From: an uncultured Gammaproteobacteria bacterium
Lineage (GTDB): Bacteria; Patescibacteriota; Patescibacteriia; UBA1558; 2-01-FULL-52-15
Direction of reading: 5' to 3'
Length of the DNA stretch: 64,000 nt
Assembly: GCA_964402565.1 (NCBI GenBank)
Contig: CAYOCJ010000001.1
Span: 288,079 to 352,078, forward strand
Below the pieces are notes generated by a model. It was not told the DNA's origin. It searched no databases and saw only the letters and a list, made by a program, of their open reading frames with translations. Below, piece after piece: positions 58,345 through 64,000 of the stretch. Positions within the stretch are counted from its first letter, which is position 1, and the number at the start of each line of letters is the position of its first letter. The position numbers and the translations under genes are program-made.

Positions 58345-58776
58345 ATGTTTCTAGGAGAATACCGACATACCATCGATGATAAAAATAGGCTATCTGTACC
58401 TGCAAAGTTCAGACAATTGTTGATTTCAGGAGCAGTGCTGACCAAAGGATTAGATGATTGTCTTTTTTTGTACCCAAAAGCAGCGTGGGATACCTGGTCC
58501 GAGAAGCTAGCCAAGCTTCCGATCAGCCAGAGCAAGAGCAGGGCATTCCTTCGGATGATGCTCGGCGGTGCAATGGAAGTCGAGTTAGACAAGCAGGGCA
58601 GGGTAGTGGTTCCTGATTATTTGATCGGATATGCAGGATTGAAAAAGCAGGTTGTCATTGCAGGACTGTATGATCGTCTGGAAATCTGGGATCTGGCGAA
58701 ATGGGAGCAATACCAAAAGAGCACTGAAAAGGAAGGTAATCATATTGCTGAAACGATGTTCGAATTGGGAGTATAG
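58345..58776 (+). CDS. mraZ: transcriptional regulator MraZ
   Basis: MFLGEYRHTIDDKNRLSVPAKFR and second DxxxR repeat. Precedes rsmH. Confidence 0.85.
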   Translation: MFLGEYRHTIDDKNRLSVPAKFRQLLISGAVLTKGLDDCLFLYPKAAWDTWSEKLAKLPISQSKSRAFLRMMLGGAMEVELDKQGRVVVPDYLIGYAGLKKQVVIAGLYDRLEIWDLAKWEQYQKSTEKEGNHIAETMFELGV

Positions 58777-58778
58777 CT

Positions 58779-59711
58779 ATGGCAGATTTTCGCCATGTGC
58801 CAGTACTCCTTCACGAAGTAGCTGATCATTTACAACCTACACGCAATAAAAAATACATCGACGGAACGCTCGGTGGAGGCGGTCATGCCGCAGAATTGCT
58901 GAAACGAACTGCTCCGCACGGTATGGTACTCGGTTTCGAGCTTGATCGGCGTGCACGCGAAGCTGCTGAAGTGCATTGTGCTGAGTATGGATCCAGGCTT
59001 GTCATACTCGCACAGAGTTACAGCGAGCTGTCTGAGGCTCTTGAACACCATGCAGACTTCAAGAGTGCAGACGGCTTTCTTCTCGACCTTGGGCTTTCGT
59101 CGCCGCAGCTGGATACCAGTAATCAGGGTTTTTCCTTCAACGATACGGAGGGTCTCGATATGCGATTCGATGATTCGAATGGCGAAAGCGCTCACGATCT
59201 GATCATGCGATCTTCTGAAGCTGAACTGCGAGATCTGCTGAGAACCTATGGAGAGGTGCGCGATAGCGGACGGATCGCACGAGCTATTGTAAGGCTCCGC
59301 GAGGCTGAACCGCTGACCGTTCCAAATCTTGTGGCTACGATCGTCGCAGAAACACCGCGATCGAAGCCCGGCATGCATCCGGCAACCTTGGTCTTCCAGG
59401 CATTGCGGATCGCCGTGAATCATGAATTGGAGAATATCGCTGCGGTGTTGCCGCAGGCGGTAGCCGCTGTCAGAAGCAAAGGGCGTATAGCTATTATCAG
59501 TTATCACTCGCTCGAAGACCGCATCGTAAAAGAATTCTTCAAACGCGAGTCCCGTGATTGTCTCTGTCCACCGAATATACCTGTATGCCGCTGCGGGCAC
59601 AAAGCGTCGATCCGTCGCATTACGAAAAAACCGATAATTCCCAGCGCATCGGAGATCAAGATGAACCACCGCAGCAGAAGTGCGAAATTGCGTGTCGTAG
59701 AAAAACTGTAG
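58779..59711 (+). CDS. rsmH: 16S rRNA (cytosine1402-N4)-methyltransferase
   Basis: HVPVLL, YIDGTLGGGGHA, GFLLDLGLSSPQLD motifs. Confidence 0.9.
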   Translation: MADFRHVPVLLHEVADHLQPTRNKKYIDGTLGGGGHAAELLKRTAPHGMVLGFELDRRAREAAEVHCAEYGSRLVILAQSYSELSEALEHHADFKSADGFLLDLGLSSPQLDTSNQGFSFNDTEGLDMRFDDSNGESAHDLIMRSSEAELRDLLRTYGEVRDSGRIARAIVRLREAEPLTVPNLVATIVAETPRSKPGMHPATLVFQALRIAVNHELENIAAVLPQAVAAVRSKGRIAIISYHSLEDRIVKEFFKRESRDCLCPPNIPVCRCGHKASIRRITKKPIIPSASEIKMNHRSRSAKLRVVEKL

Positions 59712-59714
59712 CTT

Positions 59715-60062
59715 TTGCAAGATAATATCAAAATCAAAAACAAAAATATGAGGATAGGAATCAAAAAAAACATACACAAAGGAATCCTGAAAAGAACCAA
59801 TACGCTGCTCGTTGCAGTGGTTGTCGTATCATATCTCGTGCATCTTGCGCTTGCCAATCATGACGCTATGCAGCGGTATGAGCTTTCACAGTTCAGGAAT
59901 ACCGAGCAGGAATTGATCCAGGAGAAGCAGAATCTATCAGTGAAAGTTGCAGAAATGCAGTCGCTCGACCGGCTGGCCAGTGAAAGCGCGCGATTGCAGC
60001 TCGTGAAAGCACCGTCTGCTCGATACATTTCTGTACCTGGATCAGTTGCTCTGAACAAATAA
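59715..60062 (+). CDS. ftsL: cell division protein FtsL-like
   Basis: Small bitopic protein (TM LLVAVVVVSYLV) with coiled-coil. Position between rsmH and ftsI. Confidence 0.5.
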   Translation: MQDNIKIKNKNMRIGIKKNIHKGILKRTNTLLVAVVVVSYLVHLALANHDAMQRYELSQFRNTEQELIQEKQNLSVKVAEMQSLDRLASESARLQLVKAPSARYISVPGSVALNK

Positions 60063-60074
60063 TGTACTCACTCG

Positions 60075-61811
60075 ATGGGGCCCCGATCGCATAGACAGCT
60101 ACCAGCTTTTGCTGAGCGACGTTTATTCCTCGTCGCCTTCCTCATCGTACTCGCGTTTGGCGCTATTATCGCCAAACTTTTTTATGTGCAGGTCATACAG
60201 CATGATTATTACCAGCAGCTTGCCGATGGCCAGCAAAAACGAACGCATGACTATACTGCAGAACGCGGGGAGATCTATGCCAGGGATGGCGCAGGAAATT
60301 CCGCGGATTCATTGTACCCGCTTGCGGTCAATAAGGTCTTTTATTCAGTTGCTATAGACCCGAGCAAGATCACGAGGCCGGTCAATACGGCTGAGGCTTT
60401 GGTAAAGGTGCTGAACGTTGATTATCAGAATGTCCTAACCAGGTCTCAGAAGAAGAATGATACCTATGAACCGATCGTCTCGCGCGCCACTGAGGAGCAA
60501 AAGCAGGAATTGGAGAAAACAGGCCTTCCGGGCATGCAGTTCAAGAAAGAGATATGGCGCTACTACCCGGATAAAACGATCGGCAGCCACATTCTGGGTT
60601 TTTATGGGGATGACGGCACCACCAAGAAAGGCAAATACGGGCTTGAAGGCTTCTGGGATTCGACGCTGGCAGGTGTGAGCAGAGAAGCCACGGTCGTGCG
60701 CGATGCCATAGGCAGTTTACTGCCTACAGCAAATGGCGCTACGGTCGGAGCAACAGACGGTGCGGATTTGGTCCTGACCATAGATAGGAACATACAATTT
60801 GAGATCTGCAGCGTATTACAGAAAGGCATCGAGAAGTATGCGGCCGATGATGGTACGGTCATCATTATGGAATCAAAGACTGGGAAGATCCTCGGCCTGT
60901 GTAATTATCCGACCTTTGATCCGAATCAATACCAGGATGTGTCTTCCATTGATGCATTTAATGACAATGCAGTGTATGAAGCATATGAACCTGGTTCAGT
61001 GTTCAAGCCGATATCCATGGCGATCGCTATTGATCAGGGCAAGGTAACGCCAACGACAGTCTACGAGGATAAGGGTGAGATCATCATCGATAATCATCCT
61101 ATTCATGATTTTGATAAAGTCGCTCACGGCACGAAGACAATGACCGAGGTGTTGCAGGACTCCCTCAACTTGGGTGTTATCTTTGCTACAGAAAATGTAG
61201 CCAATCCTGTGTACTATGACTACGTGAAAAAATTTGGTTTTGGAGAAAAGACCGGGGTTGAGCTTAGCCAGGAAGTTGCCGGCAGTCTTGGCAAGCTGAG
61301 CGCAGGAAAAGATATTTATAAAGCGACCACCTCATTCGGACAAGGCCTGACGGTAACTCCGTTGCAGATGATTGCAGCTATCAACGTATTAGCGAATAAC
61401 GGCGCTCTGGTGAAACCCTATATCGTAGATGAAGTACGATATCCGGACGGTGATAAGAAGGTCACTGAACCTCAAATGATACGGCAGGTGATCCGCAAAG
61501 AAACAGCACAGACGCTTGCCGCGATGCTCGTTCGCGTCGCAGATGAGGGGTATGACCATAAAGCATCGGTACCAGGCTATTACCTTGCCGGAAAAACCGG
61601 CACAGCTCAGATTGCCGAAAATGGAGTCTACGGGACCAAGACGAATCATACGTTCGTCGGTTTCGGACCTGCGACAGATTCAAAATTCACCGTTCTGATC
61701 AAAATGCACAATGTGAAAAATGTAGGTTTCGCCTCGGACAGTACGACGACATTGTTCAATCAGATCGCCCAGTTCTTATTACAGTATTACAAAATCCCGC
61801 CGACTCGCTAG
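60075..61811 (+). CDS. ftsI: penicillin-binding protein transpeptidase (FtsI/PBP2-like)
   Basis: SVFKP (SxxK), SLN (SxN), GKTGT (KTG) motifs. N-terminal TM. Confidence 0.85.
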   Translation: MGPRSHRQLPAFAERRLFLVAFLIVLAFGAIIAKLFYVQVIQHDYYQQLADGQQKRTHDYTAERGEIYARDGAGNSADSLYPLAVNKVFYSVAIDPSKITRPVNTAEALVKVLNVDYQNVLTRSQKKNDTYEPIVSRATEEQKQELEKTGLPGMQFKKEIWRYYPDKTIGSHILGFYGDDGTTKKGKYGLEGFWDSTLAGVSREATVVRDAIGSLLPTANGATVGATDGADLVLTIDRNIQFEICSVLQKGIEKYAADDGTVIIMESKTGKILGLCNYPTFDPNQYQDVSSIDAFNDNAVYEAYEPGSVFKPISMAIAIDQGKVTPTTVYEDKGEIIIDNHPIHDFDKVAHGTKTMTEVLQDSLNLGVIFATENVANPVYYDYVKKFGFGEKTGVELSQEVAGSLGKLSAGKDIYKATTSFGQGLTVTPLQMIAAINVLANNGALVKPYIVDEVRYPDGDKKVTEPQMIRQVIRKETAQTLAAMLVRVADEGYDHKASVPGYYLAGKTGTAQIAENGVYGTKTNHTFVGFGPATDSKFTVLIKMHNVKNVGFASDSTTTLFNQIAQFLLQYYKIPPTR

Positions 61812-61858
61812 CCGTTGACCGATAGCAAGCGGTATAGTAAAGTGCTCGGTTGTAACTG

Positions 61859-61933
61859 AGGCCCTATCGTCTAACGGTTAGGACACTGCGTTCTCAACGC
61901 AGGAATCGGGGTTCGATTCCCCGTGGGGCTACC
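61859..61933 (+). tRNA. tRNA-Glu (anticodon CUC)
   Basis: Hand-folded cloverleaf: acceptor GGCCCUA/UGGGGCU, D-arm GUC-UAACGGUUAG-GAC, anticodon stem CUGCG/CGCAG, loop UUCUCAA, T-arm CGGGG-UUCGAUU-CCCCG, discriminator A, encoded CCA. Close to E. coli tRNA-Glu. Confidence 0.85.
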
Positions 61934-62106
61934 AAAGCAGCGTCTTAAGTAAATAATCATTTAGCTTTTGATGTATTGAGGTCGGGGATGGAATCGAAGG
62001 GGCAGCAGCGATCCGCCCTGGGCGGAGAGCGCCGACTGAAGCGAGGAATACGTAGCTTCAGGCGCTGCCCAGGGCAACGAAGCGGCTTGCAAGCCGCGAG
62101 GCGATA

Positions 62107-62125
62107 ATTCCCCGTGGGGCTACCA
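62107..62125 (+). repeat. 19-nt direct repeat of tRNA-Glu 3' end (ATTCCCCGTGGGGCTACCA), first copy 61915-61933
   Basis: Exact 19/19 match read directly. 173-nt structured GC-rich sequence between copies. Confidence 0.8.
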
Positions 62126-62314
62126 CTCGACTCGCCTTTTGTTATCACTCAAGGATCACTCGTCGTTTCGACGCTTTGCAGGGTCTCAACGGTGGTGTAG
62201 AAAGGCGAGGCGAGTGCCCTGAGCGACGAACGCAGTGAGGAGTCGAATGGGCATGCATACTCTCCGGAGTTTATTTTTTGTTCAAATTGTGTTCTATGTT
62301 ATACTTTTGAGGTT

Positions 62315-62998
62315 ATGTCTGTATCAAACCTTCCAAAACATGTTGGTATTATCATGGATGGCAACCGCCGCTGGGCAAAGTCGCGGGGCTTGCCTACGCT
62401 TGCCGGCCATCAGCGCGGTTACGAAACCGCACTGAAGATCATTGAACATGCCTTTGATTCCGGCATTTTGTGCGTAACCTTATTTGCTTTTTCAACCGAG
62501 AACTGGAATCGATCCAAGGCTGAAATTTCATATTTAATGAAATTGGTGCTGAAAATGATCATGAAGCAAGCCGAAGTTCTCCATAAGCGTGGAATTCGGC
62601 TCGTTATCATCGGTTCTCACGAGCGGGTGCCGAAGAATGTGCTTCATGCGATCGCCGAAGCAGAGCGGCTGACGAGAAATAATATGAAGGGCACCTTGCA
62701 AATAGCGTTTAACTATGGCGGCAGGAATGAGATCACTGATGCGATACGATCCATAGTGCGTGACAAGATGCCCATTTCTGAAGAAACTATCTCATCGCGG
62801 TTATATACTGCCGGAACCCCTGACCCTGACCTTATTATCCGCACGTCGGGCGAGCAGCGTTTATCAGGTTTTCTTCTTTGGCAATCAGCTTATAGCGAGC
62901 TATACTTTACTAAGGTCAATTGGCCTAGCTTTACTGCGAAGCATTTCGATGAAGCTATAGAGGAGTATGGAAAAAGGAAGAGACGCTTCGGCAAATAA
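62315..62998 (+). CDS. uppS: undecaprenyl diphosphate synthase
   Basis: HVGIIMDGNRRWAK and RTSGEQRLSGFLLWQ cis-prenyltransferase motifs. Confidence 0.9.
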   Translation: MSVSNLPKHVGIIMDGNRRWAKSRGLPTLAGHQRGYETALKIIEHAFDSGILCVTLFAFSTENWNRSKAEISYLMKLVLKMIMKQAEVLHKRGIRLVIIGSHERVPKNVLHAIAEAERLTRNNMKGTLQIAFNYGGRNEITDAIRSIVRDKMPISEETISSRLYTAGTPDPDLIIRTSGEQRLSGFLLWQSAYSELYFTKVNWPSFTAKHFDEAIEEYGKRKRRFGK

Positions 62999-63029
62999 GT
63001 TCAATAAGTATAGATTAGTGTAGAATATC

Positions 63030-63353
63030 ATGACTCAAGATCGGTGGAATGATATCAGGCAAAAGATAAAGGAAAGTTTTAAAGTACTTGAGGAGTATTC
63101 AGAAGATCTGGAGCCAGGTACTGCTGAATGCATAGAGTTTGAAAAGCCCTATGACAAAGGAATTTTACGGGTCGCTTTTTGTACACAGCCTAAAGTACTC
63201 GATAAGAAAACCTTATATTCCCACCGTGCAGGCGGAGATGTACGCGTAGACTATACATATTCTGACAAGGACGAGGTTTCATACATGGTTATCGAACAAT
63301 GGGACGAAGTAAAAAAAGATTGGCTGCCATTTGACGCGAAAGCGATCTTTTGA
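63030..63353 (+). CDS. hypothetical protein (107 aa)
   Basis: ORF only. Confidence 0.4.
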   Translation: MTQDRWNDIRQKIKESFKVLEEYSEDLEPGTAECIEFEKPYDKGILRVAFCTQPKVLDKKTLYSHRAGGDVRVDYTYSDKDEVSYMVIEQWDEVKKDWLPFDAKAIF

Positions 63354-63367
63354 TGTAGCTAGCGAGC

Positions 63368-63378
63368 TGTGCTATACT
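63368..63378 (+). promoter_or_regulatory. extended -10 promoter TGTGCTATACT, second -10-like CGCTATAAT at 63392-63400
   Basis: Identical 11-mer to 57960-57970. Confidence 0.4.
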
Positions 63379-63402
63379 GTAGCTAGCTTTGCTTACGCTA
63401 TA

Positions 63403-63903
63403 ATGATGACTTTTGACTCAGCATCTCCATTCCGCAAATACCCGTGGCTCTACGGATTAGTGGCGGTACTTTCGATAGGTATAGTCTTTTTGCTTTTGAT
63501 CGGCGCATGGTATGCATGGCGCCACCACGCTGAAACGGTCAATTCTCCCGAAGGCAGGCCGACGGTTAATTACCAACAGGATGCTGATCGAATGACGATA
63601 TTGAATATCTTGAATACATTCCATAAGGATGAGCTTGCAGTGCCGCAAAAGGACCCCGTAAAGAAAAAACAAGCAGCACATCGCGAACATGTGGAGGGCG
63701 TGATCGGAAAACTTGAAGCAGCAAAGGTAAATAATGAAGAGAAGGATGCTCAGGGCGAACTGCTTTCAGTGTTCAAGCGCTGGGATGATACGCTGCAGCA
63801 TGCATCCAGCACCGCTTCTCTGAAACCCGACTTCGTTGATATAGCTGCGAAGTATCAATGGCTGAACGCGCTCGTTTGGATCATCATTTTAAACAGGCTG
63901 TAG
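63403..63903 (+). CDS. hypothetical membrane-anchored protein
   Basis: TM LYGLVAVLSIGIVFLLLIGAWYAW after short N-terminus. Start at MM 63403. Confidence 0.4.
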   Translation: MMTFDSASPFRKYPWLYGLVAVLSIGIVFLLLIGAWYAWRHHAETVNSPEGRPTVNYQQDADRMTILNILNTFHKDELAVPQKDPVKKKQAAHREHVEGVIGKLEAAKVNNEEKDAQGELLSVFKRWDDTLQHASSTASLKPDFVDIAAKYQWLNALVWIIILNRL

Positions 63904-64000
63904 CGGATCACGGTTAATCTATGCGGTATATTTTTCCGTATGTCTTTGCCTTAGTATACTGGCTTCTTTTTTTTACCTCAGCGGCAAATCCGCAGCTCGT

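Noticed and set aside
58188-59777. Minus-strand ORFs 58188..58592 and 58830..59777
   Set aside because: Antisense to mraZ and rsmH, which have unambiguous motifs.
61934-62300. Possibility that the post-tRNA structured region is RNase P RNA, tmRNA or SRP RNA
   Set aside because: None of the universal motifs was found (RNase P CR-I/CR-V such as GGAAAGUCCGG or ACAGAACCCGGCUUA, tmRNA 5' GGGG...UUCGACG and resume codon/tag, SRP AGGnCAGG domain IV). The tRNA-like 3' segment lacks a full T-arm.

Overview
The window looks like a compact bacterial chromosomal segment with ~45-50% GC background (inference). It is dense in housekeeping operons: pheS-pheT, gyrB, secE-nusG-rplK-rplA, gatB, miaA, thrS, dnaE, ftsW, rplY, prmC-prfA-rpmE, rpsB-tsf, gap, cysS, rplJ-rplL, mraZ-rsmH-ftsL-ftsI, tRNA-Glu and uppS. 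A contiguous dTTP-synthesis cluster is present: dCMP deaminase, kinase, dut, a tandem ThyX, a DHFR-like protein and tmk. Between these sit several compositionally distinct two-gene modules that look horizontally acquired. (a) A GC-rich partial GHKL-ATPase gene and an HTH protein at the window start, divergent from a UvrD-helicase/Cas4-type-nuclease fusion. (b) A proteobacterial-type ygiB-ygiC pair (DUF1190 lipoprotein plus glutathionylspermidine-synthase-like ATP-grasp). (c) A GC-rich, translationally coupled M16 zinc peptidase plus stand-alone Fe-S PD-(D/E)xK Cas4-type nuclease. (d) An AT-rich NERD-domain protein plus a CPBP/Abi intramembrane protease. (e) A T4 endonuclease-V-like pyrimidine-dimer glycosylase preceded by a small ParB/Srx-like protein. 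RNA-level signals seen directly in the sequence are a textbook T-box antiterminator/terminator leader upstream of thrS, and a tRNA-Glu(CUC) whose 3'-terminal 19 nt is repeated 173 nt downstream across a highly structured GC-rich insert. A recurring extended -10 promoter motif (TGnGCTATACT) abuts start codons, implying leaderless mRNAs. GTGG-repeat boxes lie upstream of mraZ, and there are many strong rho-independent terminators. No CRISPR arrays or rRNA genes were seen. All protein calls are from motif recognition by eye; none are database-verified.
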